Positions 33,085-46,528 of a DNA stretch of 64,000 nt are shown in pieces (the stretch's first letter is position 1; each line of letters opens with the position of its first letter). The notes beneath the pieces are model-generated. The model had not been told where the DNA came from and did not search any database. It was given only the letters and a program-made list of their open reading frames with translations. The stretch is taken from contig KZ538375.1 of assembly GCA_000934665.2 (NCBI GenBank), forward strand, positions 1-64,000, written 5' to 3'. The position numbers and the translations under genes are program-made. Source of the DNA: Catajapyx aquilonaris (lineage: Eukaryota).

Positions 33085-35397
33085 CAGGGTGTTCACGAAT
33101 TCTTTTGCCAAAAATATATGGGAGGTATAGGGGGTGCATATGGACGAAGAATGACATGGGCCTGAATGGCTGGCGAGTGGCGACGACGCGACGTTGACGT
33201 CGACGATGTCTGTCCTGATAAGTGTGGATCCCCGTCCATACCGGCATCGCTGGTTTCCGGAGTCAGGCGGTTGAGCAACGGTCTGCGGCAGGCCGGTATC
33301 CTTTCTGTCGACAGCCGTGAAGTTAACTTTTCTTCCGCCTGGCGGCGCTGGAGGCCAAAGGGACCCCGCAAGGCGCGCTGCTCAAGTGGATGGTGACAAT
33401 AGGCAGAGAGGGGCGACCACGGGTGGCCCACGTTGCTGGCACAGTGGCACAGGGGGGATTCCAGTATTTTACATGCCCAGGATGTCTGCTAGCCCAAAGG
33501 TCAGCATCCCAGAGGAATCAGACGTAATGCCAGGGTCAAAGTTTGCACTCCAGACGTTCACCTAGACTAGAGCCTTCCTTATTACTTATTAGTTATTTTT
33601 AATTACTGGGTTCAGCCATGTTAAAAAGCAGGACCAACTCGAGTGCATACTTTGCATTCCAAGGCTCAGTTTGGAGTGCAGACTTCAAAGTAACAGTAAC
33701 AATAATAATATTTTGGAGTGCAAATATATAGCACCTTTGCATCCAAATATTTCGACCCCTGCATTGTGAGCCCAATAATAACTAGCATTTGGGCTGCTTC
33801 CAACACCCTTTTTACTATCCTTTCCTATTAATTTGAAATTGGAGGGTTTAGATTTCTTCTTCCACCTCCTCCTTTGTTGAAGTAGTAGTTATGACTTATC
33901 ATTACACTGCTTTCTTACAGTAGTGAATGATTCAAGGTTAAACTGGTTTCCATTCTTGTGTAGGTTCGACAACTTATGAGTGGCAGGGTGCACAGGGGTG
34001 CGATTATGCAAGGTGAGCCACAGAGGGAACCTACAGTGGGAACAAGTCCCACTTACTAACACTGGGTCACCGTGGGGTTTACAAAGTAAGATTCGAAGTA
34101 TTGAACCCTGCTTTTTCTGCTGCAGCCGTTGGCCAGGTACCAGCCAACACTGGTCCAGCAGTTGTATGCACTGTGGGATCTACTAGTGCAGGGCAGGGCA
34201 GACTTCGGTACTGTATGTTCAAAACATAAATTATTGTCTGTTGCAGTGGATTGAGTGGCTACGCCTGAAAGGTGCATCTGCTGGTTGAAGAATAACTCCA
34301 ACACCTCGTACTATTTTTTTTTTTAAATTAGCATAGGCCTATGCCAGGCTTATATTCCATTTCCATTATTTTGTCAGCATACTTTTACCTCAGTCACTTC
34401 AGCAGAAATGTTTTGAACATACAGAAGTCTGCCCTGCCCTGCACTAGTGCACTAGTGGATCCACAGTGCATACAACTGCTGGACCAGTGTTGGCTGGTAC
34501 CTGGCCAACGGCTGCAGCAGAAAAAAGGAGGGTTCAATACTTCGAATCTTACTTTGTAAACCCCATGGTGACCCAGTGTTAGTAAGTGGGACTTGTTCCC
34601 ACTGTAGGTTCCCTCTGTGGCTCACCTTGCATAATCGCACCCCTGTGCACCCTGCCACTGACAAGTTGTCGAACCTATACAAGAATGGAAACCAGTTTAA
34701 CCTTGAATCATTCCCTACTGTAACTCTGTAAGAAAGCATCTCAAGAAGAGTGTAGTGATAAGTCATAACTACTACTTCAACAAAGGAGGAGGGCACTCTA
34801 GATAAAAGTCTGGAGCGTAAACTTTGTCCCTGGCATTACCTCTAATCCCTCTGGGATGCTGGCCTTTGGGCCAGCGGCCAGCAGACATATTCCTGGAATT
34901 TTCCCCTCCGCTGTGCCAGCAACGTGGGCCGCCCGGCTCTCCGGCCCCGGCGCCCGGCCTATTGCTTATTGCCTATTGTGTGCCTATTGTCGCCTTATGC
35001 GCCTATTGTTGCCTATTGTTGCCTTATGCGCCTATTGTTGCCTATTGTTGCCTTAAATGTGCCTATTGCCGATCGCACTTGAGCGCAGCCCGCCATCTGC
35101 CGCCATCGCCGTCCGTCCCGCAGGCCGGCAGCGCCGCCAGGCGGCTGGCCGGGAACTTCACGGCTGTCGACAGAAAGGATACCGGCCTGCGGCAGTGCGA
35201 GCGCCTGACCCTGGCAACCAGCAATCCAGGCATGTGCGGGGGTATCCACACTTGTCAGGATAGACATTGTCGATGTTAAAGGTCGACATCTTCAAAACTA
35301 ATCGTCGTCGGCCTTTTGGATCCAGCATGCCATGCCTCTTCCATACTCACCCCCTACCACCTGTATCATATTGGCAGAAGAATTCGTGAACACCCTG
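33085..35397. mobile_element. Tc1/mariner-type MITE split by a nested insertion (host arms 33085-33291 and 35187-35397)
   Basis: TA|CAGGGTGTTCACGAATTCTT ... AAGAATTCGTGAACACCCTG|TA. An uninterrupted sister copy lies at ~36131-36525. Confidence 0.85.
33292..35186. mobile_element. Foldback/MULE-like non-autonomous element (1.9 kb, nearly palindromic)
   Basis: Perfect terminal repeat GCCGGTATCCTTTCTGTCGACAGCCGTGAAGTT and its complement; 9-bp duplication CTGCGGCAG at 33283-33291 and 35187-35195. Further inverted arms at ~33420-33570/34795-34932 and ~33864-34228/34407-34792; GCCTATTG-based tandem array ~34957-35070. Confidence 0.75.
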
Positions 35398-35780
35398 TAT
35401 ATTTGAAACTAATAGCGTACTCTTGGTATCAAGCTTGAGATTCATTTAAAATAACTGTGAAAAAGTATTGCCGCAGATCACCAAGTTCCTTCCTGTCCAC
35501 TAATACGGTTAGTGTTAGGCTGAGAGTATCCCATAACAATCGTCGTACATTGAGAGTAATTAATAATATAAAAAATAGCATAGCAATAGCAGTAATTATT
35601 GGATACAAATATTAGCTTGAGTGTGTGTATCCATCCTTTTAAAATCCTGATACAGGTTAATTGCCACTTATTAACTTTCTAAATTATTTTGTTCGCTGTA
35701 AAACTTTGGCTGTAATTCAACAAGTGGTTGGTCATGTCTTTGTTCATATACAGCAAGTTATGCATTTCAGTCTTCCTTAT

Positions 35781-35827
35781 TCATTTATTTTTATTTATTT
35801 ATTTATTTAACTACCCCGTGATAGGGG
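35781..35827 (-). mobile_element. 47-bp retro-insertion (LINE/SINE 3' end only)
   Basis: Minus strand CCCCTATCACGGGGTAG followed by an (AAAT)n tail; 12-bp TSD AGTCTTCCTTAT at 35769-35780 and 35828-35839. Confidence 0.7.
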
Positions 35828-36130
35828 AGTCTTCCTTATAATATACTGCTTATGCACTAAGCATGCGTCATGCATACTTTGGTTGACTTAGAGAATGTAA
35901 TGACTAATGACCTATTCTCTTATCTGCAGGATATTTAATGGCTACAGTAGATATGTAACTTATGTCTATGTACGTATCATACAATCTTCAGTGTTGTTTT
36001 GATAAAACCAATAATACTTTCTGGATATTATAGTCATATGAATTGTTCACATCTCTTTGTGATAGATTATTAAACGCTGCCTCCTATTACCAGATTACTT
36101 TAAACATAACTACTTACATATTATAGGCCT

Positions 36131-36525
36131 ACAGAGTGTTCACAAATTCTTCTGCCAATATGACACAGGTGGTAGGGGGTGAGTATGGAAGAGGCATGGC
36201 ATGCTGGGTCCAAAAGGCAGGCGGTGATTCCCGATTCGTTTTGGAGATGTCGACCTTTAACATCGACAATGTCTATCCTGACAAGTATGCATACCCAGCA
36301 CATGCCTGCATTGCTGGTTGCCAGGGTCAGGAGCTCGCACTGCCAGACTGTTGATCAACCGCCTGACTCCGGCAACCAGCGATGCAGGCATGTCCATACT
36401 GGTCAGGATAGACATCGTCGACGTCAACGTCGTCGGCGGCCTTTCGGGCCCATGCCATGCTTCTTCCATATATTATGTACCACCTACCACCCATATCTTT
36501 TTGGCAAACGAATTCGTGAACACCT
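36131..36525. mobile_element. Tc1/mariner-type MITE, uninterrupted copy in inverted orientation
   Basis: Ends CAGAGTGTTCACAAATTCTT ... CGAATTCGTGAACACC. The left half matches the reverse complement of 35195-35397 and the right half matches the reverse complement of 33085-33285. Confidence 0.82.
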
Positions 36526-39500
36526 TATTAATGCCAAAACTATTTAACCACTCCGGATATTTCGGTTTTGCACATTCACGACTTCTGCAGCATGTTATTC
36601 TTTCAGCACTTTGAGTCTGCTGCTGGTGTAATGAACATATGGATTTCTACAAGTTCAAAGTTTGTTGAGGCTCCGGAGAAGACTGTAAACCGTACTGTAG
36701 TGCTGTTAATTCATGTGATAGCAGATAGTAACTTCCCGATTAACCTCTGCAAATAATTTTGTAACCTTCATATTATGGATCAATTGTAAAGACTCTTTTG
36801 CACCTTTATATACTGGACGTTGTCAGAAGGTTGTTGTTCTTTGTTGGGTTTTTAAAAACTGTATCGTACAGCTTCGTAAATCTCATTATCAGAATGATGT
36901 CCCCATTAACATTTACCAATCGTATTCCTTTAACAAAATATGGCGCAAATGTTACCGTATGGATTATTTACGTATATAATACCAAAAGAACCAATTATAG
37001 GATCAATCGCATTAATTGTTAATACTGTATGAGTATACAGAAGCCAGAATGAAAAACATGTAATTTTATGGTCTGGACCATTATGTACAGTAGTATGTGC
37101 GACATAGTGTACGACAAAATTGCCTGCAAGCATCATTTCCAGGAAACAAGAAGAGCAGCCAATCCGCACCAGTTTTGAGAGAGATTTTCATCAGTGTAGC
37201 GGAACATCTTGACAAGCAAGTTGGGCAAAAGACGCGCACTTGACGAGAATGTTGATGGTGACAAATGATGTACCACTTAGCCTCCAGCAGTGTGTGTGGA
37301 AATGAGCAAGAGTTGTATACTGCTGCAAGAAGAGTAATTAAGTGCGTGGGTGAAGGCTAGTTAGGAAAGATCGCAGGGACTCTGACCGCTGGCTTGAGTG
37401 GTCACTCCCAATTGAATACTTGGGGATGTTAACCGAGGGCAGCAGGGACAGAAAACGTCGATAATACACACGCCTACATAGTCACATTCCAAATGTGGGC
37501 TGAGAAAGTTTGGAAATTCAGGCTCAGCTATGATTAAGAGCACCATTCAGTATAGGGTATATATAGAGGCCAAAAAGCCTATCATAGGCAATCTTCTCTT
37601 GTAGCCGCTCGTCCGCTGAACTCACCCCAAATCGGATTTGCGGCGAAACACGATCCGCCAAGAGCGTCTGCTGCTGTGCCCAAGCTGGAGCGTCGTTGGC
37701 GTCGGCGCCCCCCCCCCCCCCCCCCCCCCNATCCCTGCTGCCTCCCCCTGCCTTTCGGATTTTATCCCAGGCTGGTCTTATTGCAAGAAGAGCTGGATCC
37801 CACCTCCTTCGCCTTAATCCAATTCATTAAAGAGTGCGGTGGAGGGCAGCTGTCTTCCTGCTTGCGCCTCATCAGAGTCCTGTGCAAAATGGGTCTGCTG
37901 ACTTTTTCCTTTGGATGGCCCTGACTCTTTTCTTTTCCCCTAAGCCCCCAACCATCCTTTGGCCCTAATGACGGGTTGTCCTGACTCAGTCTGCCACCTT
38001 GTGCTTAGCATGATTTGTGGTCTAATGCTGCTCGGAAGGCCTCATTATCTTGTTTGGGGAATTGCTGGCCCCAAGTGCTATAAGTACCTGCTGCTTGTTG
38101 GTGGGATGCGCCGCGGGTTTCGTGACGGACCTCGAGATAGAGTTGGTCACACGGGCTAAGTGCACACTGCTGCCTTGCATGACATGTGTCCGTGTCAATC
38201 GTGATTATTAAAACGACTTTCGGAAGCGTTGACGTAGGTCTGCGCTTACATGAAGGACACCCAGAGCTGCTTATGGGAGGAGCATTTTCTGCTCTCTTTG
38301 TTTGACAGACCAACACGCAATTCCTGGGGTGCTTATTATAATGGATATTAATATGCGCGTCAACCCAAGTCGCTGTTATGTGCTTACAAGACACTTGGCG
38401 TGACTTGTACGTTTTGCGGAAAACTGTGCGGTTGCGTAAGTTAACTGTTATAGGAGTCAGCTGTTGGGCGTGCCAAATTGTCCTGCGTATTAGAAAGGAT
38501 GCGAAGGAATAAGAAGGCTACAAAATGTCTAGAAAACAATGTCGCCCGTCGGTGATCACAAAATTTTTCTGTGAGTTATGAGACACCGACTTGTTTAGGG
38601 TTTTAATACGTATATCGTATATGCCAAAGACGTGCGTCATGTTGAAAGTTCACAATCAAGACAATGTTACAGTCCCAGTTGAATTAAATTTTATTTATTT
38701 TCAAGGCGAAACATGTGGGCAAATTAAGCGGCACTGATGAAACGGTCCAGAAAATGCACATGCTGTGGGAGACTCGGTCATTATGGTAGAGTGTAATAGG
38801 CGATGTCTGATAGTTTTTAAATTCATATTTGACATTTTGCCAGTTCTCCCTCTGGTCAAATCTAAAATCGCTTTAGGGAGTGACCGTTAATGCTCGTTAA
38901 TGCGAATTAAAGGATGAAGCTTTTTGTATGAGAATTTAAACTAATTATTGTTCATTTATTCATGAAATTGCAATGTGAATCTATTTGGCTCAAGGGTTCT
39001 GACTGGAACTATACACGTACGGGTTTTCCGTATTCCTATACAGCCCAGTATACGTGCAAGCGAGGACTTATTCATTTACATTCTCCCCTCCCCCCCTTTT
39101 ATACGGACTTCCCGGACCACCCTCGGACTTCCCCCGGACTACCTGTACGGACCGCTATAAGGACTACCCTTAGTGCTTAGTGAATAACTCACCGCCTACA
39201 AGGGTATAAACTCCTAATGCGGACAATAGAGGAACACTATAAGCAGCAGAGATGTCATTTACTCCCTGCAGCGACTTTATTAAAATAATTAGCGCTAATT
39301 AACGAGTGAGTGACAGTGTGACACCATCTTGTGTGCCACGAATACAAACTTTACGACACTTCAGTCACCTCGCCGACTATTTTTGACACACCAGATATCA
39401 GTGGAGCTTTAAAATAGCATGGTATGATAGCTAATATTTGAAATGAAAAAGTCGAGGTTGCTGGATGGGACGCATACATACCAGGATATCTCGGGATATG

Positions 39501-40617
39501 CCTATATCTTGTGTTTGAAGCCCGTTATGCCTCATTTACGAGGCAGCAGAAACCAGTGACACGTTTATATGTATAAAGTGATCTTCTATAATATCTATAT
39601 ATAGTCCCGAGAAGTTTACCATAGCACGTTGTCGAAATCATAAAACATCGTAAATAAAGCACTTGGGGTGCCAACCCTCTTTAGTTTTTCCCTGATCCAT
39701 CCAAGGATCCATCTGTGCTGTAAGTTGTGAATTATTTTTTTCCTTTGAAAAATCGGTACAGCTTTAACCTGCATGGTGGTTAAAATGGCTCTCTTAAAAT
39801 CGTTCTCATCTGCAGATTTTTTTTTGTTTACAACGGTATTGCATTTGAATCATTTCATTTCCGACCCGGTCAGTGATTTACAAAACGTTATGCCTCGTCC
39901 CAAGAAAGAGTTGGCATGCACTCATCATGGTAAATGGAGACCATCTAATTAGCCTCTGTCACATTTTCCATTTTTGCAGTAATTGATGTCGCGCAACTTA
40001 TTTGCCTTCCTGAATGGGCCTGCTGGGCAGCTGTGTTTTTGCAGTAAAACAGCCAGTCGAGAGGCTTTGTTATTCTTGTGTTGATTGTGGAGTGATTTGA
40101 AGTGAGGTGGTCGTTGAATGTATATATGCAAGTGAGTGGTACATGGCATATGAGTGTGGGTGGCATGGAAAAGGGCGGATGGAGCGGAGCCGGGAATTGA
40201 AGTCGGCGGCGGCTTCCTTGGCAGCGTTGGCGCCACTGACTCGGGCCCACATGCGTTGTGACAGGCGCAATGAATGAAATATGCGCGCGTTTGGCGGCGC
40301 AATAGACCTGGCGCCGACGGTCTGGGTGCCCCATCAGATTCGGGGCTTGGAGCAGGGGTGGGTGGCTGCTGCATCATGATGGGAGAACAGGACCAGATTC
40401 ACTCACATCGCCGCTACTTCCCACCACTCAGCTAATAACATCTTCACCACTCCTCCAGCTGCATCTGTACCTCGCTTCTCATGCACTCGTGACCTTTTAC
40501 CTTCTTCATCCTGCCCGGTCGCATCATCGCTGCTCTTGGCTCCAACGCACTTCCTTTCGCTTTACTTACAGCTCAATTGTTTCTGCCCCCTTTTTTGGTC
40601 CATCTCCAGTTATGCGA

Positions 40618-41488
40618 TGGAGTCACCCACTCATATGCTTATTTCTAGTGTATAGCGTCATGGCCTGTAACGGATTTTATTAATCTGAATCGAAATATGA
40701 CAGATGACCCCCCAAAAAATGTTTCGACTATAATGTGTAAATTTAATTTATGTATGTTATGTTTCATTGGTGACTATGCCTTGCTACATAATGACTTCTG
40801 GGGCGGTGTTAGTGCAACTATACAGCAGGGGATAAACTTTGGAGCCGCAGAATGTGCTACATCATGATACAAAGTAAATGATTATGGGTAAAACGCCAGC
40901 GTGCGTGAAAGTTCGGATCGAAGGAGGCCGATTAACACGCTCTGTTTGCCATGTTTTGGTGAGGAAACAGAGGTTTTCGCATCGATTTCCCATAAACCAA
41001 TAACAAGAAGCATGGGTTGGGACAAGACGTAGGCTACGTTGGAGGGTAAAAATGCGGGNTGGAGTCACCCACTCATATGCTTATTTCTAGTGTATAGCGT
41101 CATGGCCTGTAACGGATTTTATTAATCTGAATCGAAATATGACAGATGACCCCCCAAAAAATGTTTCGACTATAATGTGTAAATTTAATTTATGTGTGTT
41201 ATGTTTCATTGGTGACTATGTCTTGCTACATAATGACTTGTTAGTGCAACTAGAGCAGGGGATAAACTTTGGAGCCGCAGAATGTGCTACATCATGATAC
41301 AAAGTAAATGATTATGGGTAAAACGCCAGCGTGCGTGAAAGTTCGGATCGAAGGAGGCCGATTAACACGCTCTGTTTGCCATGTTTTGGTGAGGAAACAG
41401 AGGTTTTCGCATCGATTTCCCATAAACCAATAACAAGAAGCATGGGTTGGGACAAGACGTAGGCTACGTTGGAGGGTAAAAATGCGGG
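40618..41488 (+). repeat. ~430-bp tandem direct duplication (40618-41058 / 41060-41488), probably an assembly artefact
   Basis: The copies are separated by a single N (41059) and the second is followed by an N gap (41489-41506). They differ by a few SNPs and small indels. Confidence 0.85.
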
Positions 41489-44400
41489 NNNNNNNNNNNN
41501 NNNNNNCCCCCCCCCCCCCTCCGACTTGCGCTTGCGTCACCAATGGCTCGCGGGGGCTCAATTTGGGATCGGCAAATTGCCGGCGCAAACCTTGGGTTTC
41601 GCTGAGAAAAGTATCAGCTGGGTATCACCAATGGACAAAAGGGAACAGCAGGGAAATTGATGTTGGCCAGGGGGCTAATGAGACTCAGCCTTTGACACTG
41701 GCTGCTGACGCAGGGACATATCACATCCCTTGCTTTTCTCTGTTCGTGACAATGCAGGCGACATAATATTGTATCGGCAGGTCTGCAACCTTACTCATTT
41801 CAGCGACTGTACGGCATCGTCACCGCAAGCATATTGATGTATATGAATGCAAAAGTGTACGGAGATTACCTCCACAACCATAGCCTGAAATCCTCTTGAA
41901 AACTGGAATGGGTCGCGTGCTGGGTCATGAATGAGGTAGGAATTGGGGGAAACAATGAGGAGAATCATGTGGGATTTTAAGCCGGGAGGGGAACAATGAG
42001 GCGGGGATCTGGCGCTATATTATTGCTTGGTCGGTTGGTTAGGCCATTAATCACAAAGGAGGAATTTTTTGGAGAATTTGAGGGTGACCCCCCCCCCCTC
42101 CCCCTCCCCCCTCCCTCCTTCTCAACCCTGCCCGAGCTAGGGAGGTCTCCGGAGCCTGTATGTCCTTTATAGAGTGGAAGCCGCTTGCAGGAGGAATCGA
42201 TTCCCCGGAGCTCCTCTTGATGCAAATGACACTGCCAACGGCCTCTATATGGGGTTAATTATCCCGTCGTGATTGCCCAAGCGGAAGTTTACAGAAGGGT
42301 CAAAAGGCTCAACCCTTGCGGAATAAATCGGTGGAGCCAGAAATTATTGGGAGGATGCAGCGAGGTGGCAGCATTTACTCGCCTCTGTATTTATCTAACC
42401 TTCCAAAGTATCATTGTTGCGACAATGTGGAGACCAAGAACTGTCTCTGTCAGTATGTGTCAATATCCATGCGGTCCAATCAGGCTAGTTAGCTCTGATT
42501 CGGTGGAGCGGTTGAATCGGCGACGGATAACGTGGTCTGGTCAAGTGGTTGTGATCTTTGCCACTTCTCTCTTGCCTGCTGAGTCTAATCCCCCAAAGAG
42601 CTTGGCAGCAAGAAAGAGGGAAGTAATTCGCCAGAGGCAGCTGCGGAACCCAACATCACGTCGGCGCGCATTTAGTTGATTGGGCCCGTCGGGAGGGGAA
42701 AACTGGCGGATGGACCAGGATGTTGCTGGCTATACTGTATACAGACGGAGGGAGAAAAAGACTCACAAAAACCATTGGCGGTGGCCTAAAAATGGGTCCC
42801 TGTTTTTCCTTATAATAGAGTTGAGGTGCTGGCCGTTGGTCGTCCCCACCTTCTCTGGACGTAATAATTAAGGTCCGCAGCGCCGTCAACTTCCCAATCG
42901 ACGAAGGCGCACTGGGCCATGAGACCAAGTGCCGTCATGCAGCTCTGGAAATACATTTGACCACTTGCAAGTTGTAGTGTAAATTATAGTAGGGGAGCTT
43001 GCAAAAATAAAAAAATGAGGATCGTGTTGATGTTGCGGTTTGCTGTTTTTCTAGTGGGGTAAAAAGTGTTCCCTGGGGAGTTGTGTGCAAGCAGAGGAAT
43101 ACGTGTATTTCCAGGGCTGAGTGAGAAAGGAGGCGGGCGACGGGATGTCCCGTGGGCGAAAATTGAGCATGGCGGTGCTCCTCGGGCGTTTAATTAGCAA
43201 GGAGATTAAAAAGGAGACGGAGGGACGCGCCCTGCAACACGGGCCATTAACTCCACTCTTCTCCCCCCCCCCCCTCATCCTCCGTATATACCCCCCTTCC
43301 ATTCCTCCCCCCTGCTGTTGCCTCCCCATACCCATCCAGCATACACCCATCTAACTTCCCCGAAGGACCAGGCCTCAACTGACCACTGCTCAAGTCCTTT
43401 CACTTGACTACAACTGGCGCACTGCTGCCGCATTGCGTTCTACTTGCCGGCCTATATGCCCATGTAATACACCGTACTTTGAGAGACAGGCTGGGTACCA
43501 TTTTTGTCATCATCAGGAAGGGGCTTAGGCTGGGGTGGAGGTTTTCTAACAAGTTCTCAGCACGTATCCTATACACACTATTCGCTGGTGCTGGATAGAG
43601 AAAACTACTCTATAGTATAGTCTAGTCACTAGTGTTCAAAAAGGATTTTTCGGAAAATATACGGTACAGTATGCGAGATAAGAATGCAGTGCAAGTTCCT
43701 TGTTGTCATTTTCCAAGTATATGCTGACATTTTTGAGCAACGAGTGCTTAATGATGCTGCTTCTCCTGAATGTTATTTTTCTCCGCAGGAGTTTGTAGTG
43801 AACCGATATTATTAGAGAAAGTTTTGCTAACAATACATGTTATTAAGGGATAAATGAATTGTAATTTCTTCTATGGGTTCTGCAATTGTCAGAATCCACA
43901 ACGGAAAGTTGCAAAGTAAAGTAGTAATGGTTTAATGCAGGTGTGCATAAAGTGTTATATTTTACAGTAAATGGTGCTGCAGAAGGGCATTCCCCTGTCC
44001 CTTTTCATTATGCCTGCCTTCAGTGACAACTGCGTGATTTGCATTAATTTTAGTAAAATAATAATGATGGTCGCAAGCAGTTACGATTAATCTCATTGAT
44101 ATTCTTAGGATCATGTATATTATAGACCCTATAGGCATCCTATACATAAGATAGTATTCAGAAATTTCAAGTTCATGTCAGATTAGTCACGATGTTGTCA
44201 CTAAAGGAGATGTACTACTCGAAGCAAATAAGTTACAAGAATGTTTTTCACATAGCAATATCAAGCAAAAAAATTACAACTTTCTTGCAATCTTATATAG
44301 TACCTATACTGTAGAATTTAATGGTATAGAAACTCCGATTCACATTTTTCCTCAAGTTACAGTAATAATGACAACCTGCAGTATACAGTTGCAATCAATT

Positions 44401-46389
44401 TACGTCAAAAGCATTTCTTTGATAAGTGGTTTTGGTGTAAAGAATTAATGTGGACGAATCCTTCTAGAGTGGTTTTGTTGGAGGCTTTAATGCTTATGTT
44501 TGTCATGTAACTACATCATGTTTTAGCGAAACTGCTGAAGTGAGCATTTATTTCAATTGTTACGAGTGAAATATCTCGTAATAATTGCAATTGTAATTGC
44601 ACCATAGCCTCACTACTGTAGCTTCAGGTGTAAGCCACTTTAAGAATATCCACTAATTGCATTTATGAGCCTATAAAATATAGGTACCCAATCCAATGGT
44701 CTAGATAGGTCCCCCTTACGATATGATAAATCTGGTCCCGATGGATGATAATGAGAGCGTGCTCTTGATTAGGTCGCCTCCCCCCATTTATCCATCCCAC
44801 CCACCCACCCACCCATCTCGTATCAGAGCATCATCCACCCACGCAATCTGAGTCGAGGTCGTCCCATCTTCTCCCCTCCTGTTTGTCCAGCACTGATTAC
44901 AGCCCATTGGCGATCGTCTGCCTGGATGGGACAAATATCCATCTCACTCCGCCGCCAAATCCTCCCCCTCTCAAACCCTATATATATATACTACACACAT
45001 CCCCACCCCCTTCCCCTTCCTTCCCCCTTCCTTCCCAATCTGACTGCCACACGCCCCAGCCCAATCCCATGCAGTTATTCTCGCCTCATTCAAAGTGAGT
45101 TGTAAAGAGTTGGCCTCAAAGGTCAGGGCGCCAGACATATGCATGCTGTGGGTCTTCCCCCATTCATATACTGGATAGGGACTGATGGCTTTCCTCTGTC
45201 ATTCGCAAGCAGGAGTCTCCCCGCCAATTATTGATGGCAAGGACAAAGACACCCTTCTTTTTTTAGGAGAAGGAAGGGATGGGATGGGGGGGGGGGTGTC
45301 CCATTCATTCGTTTCTCAACGCATGGTGATGTTGGTCTTTTTTGCGGAACTGGGGTGCATTCAAATGTTGGGCCTGTTGAGGTCATAATAAATGAAGAGT
45401 GATTCTGAGTTTATGAATGCAATATCAGGAGGAAGGCCTTTTTATAGGATTACCATTGCCACACCTTTTCACCCTGGTAATTTGAACGGATCGTGCCTTG
45501 CTTTTTTTTCCCTCCAATAATGTTGGGAGGACAGACCGTGGACAGATCTAACAGCGTGATTTAAATGCAGCATGAATGAATGGGCACTTTCTGTCTCCCT
45601 CCCAAGTGGTTTAGTGATCCTGAAGTCATCATTCAGTGGAGGTGATAGGTGACGTGAATGAGAGTTGAAAGGCTGGGATGACCACGACGCCAGTTGGGCG
45701 GCTGTATATAGAGTGGGACGCGGCTGGGGTTTGAGGGGGAGCCTGGTTGTCACTTATCTATCCCTCCGTCTATCTGATGTGTGTGACTGCGTGCATGATG
45801 CGCCTGCGCCATGGACCACTCATGATGTAATTGCCCTCATTAGCCGGGCGGAGCATCATCGCTCCTCTGATTGGCGGCCAAGGACAGGAAGACCCCGTTT
45901 AGCCCAGACCTTTTATTCCTAATGCATGGGAAAAGATTGACGCTTATGTCATCCTGCAGGTACGGAATATGTGCAGCCTGGAGCATCAAATCAAGGCGGT
46001 TCCTGCAATGAACCCTTGGTTCCCTCTATATGTAATCCTCCCTCCGTTCTCTTTTTCCCCGTGGGCTGCTCGTTATCCGGATGGAATCCTCTGTGCCTGT
46101 ATCGTAGGCAGCCAAGCAAAGCAAGCCACGAGCGCCATTTGCCCTCGTCGCTTTGAGGCGGCCCGCAGACGCTTTGAAATTCAAACGACGCCCTACCCTC
46201 ACCAAAGGAGCTCAAAGCCGGCCGGAATTGGCCCCCGTGCCCCGGGCCAACGAACCTTATCAAAACAATCTACTCGCCAATCAAAGAGATGCTGCCTTGC
46301 CTTGCTCTCAGCCTCCTTATAAGCAGTACAGGGTGTAATAGAAAAACTTGTTCCGCCGGTTTCTATGGTTTGGAGGTCAGCAGTCGAGG

Positions 46390-46528
46390 ATGTTGGGTTG
46401 GGCATATCGGGTGGTTTTTCTGTGGCTGGTGGTATGCCCTGGTTTGTATGGACTGGTGGTTGATCGATGTGCTGTTGCCAGCGATTTGTTGCATCTGCAT
46501 GGATTCCCCAAGGATGAAATAAGCCAGT
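46390..46528 (+). CDS. lysozyme exon 1 (signal peptide, DRC motif)
   Basis: ATG at 46390; donor CAG T|gtaagt splits the conserved Trp codon. Confidence 0.85.

Noticed and set aside
32839..33197. Poly-Tyr and poly-Leu ORFs
   Set aside because: They are translations of the SINE (TTA)n tail.
34957..35070. Short repeat array considered as CRISPR-like
   Set aside because: Roughly 10-bp tandem units with no unique spacers, no cas genes and a eukaryotic context.
33980..35279. Mirror-image ORFs on both strands and a Cys-rich AYCC repeat ORF
   Set aside because: Produced by the inverted arms and tandem array of the foldback element; no transposase motifs.
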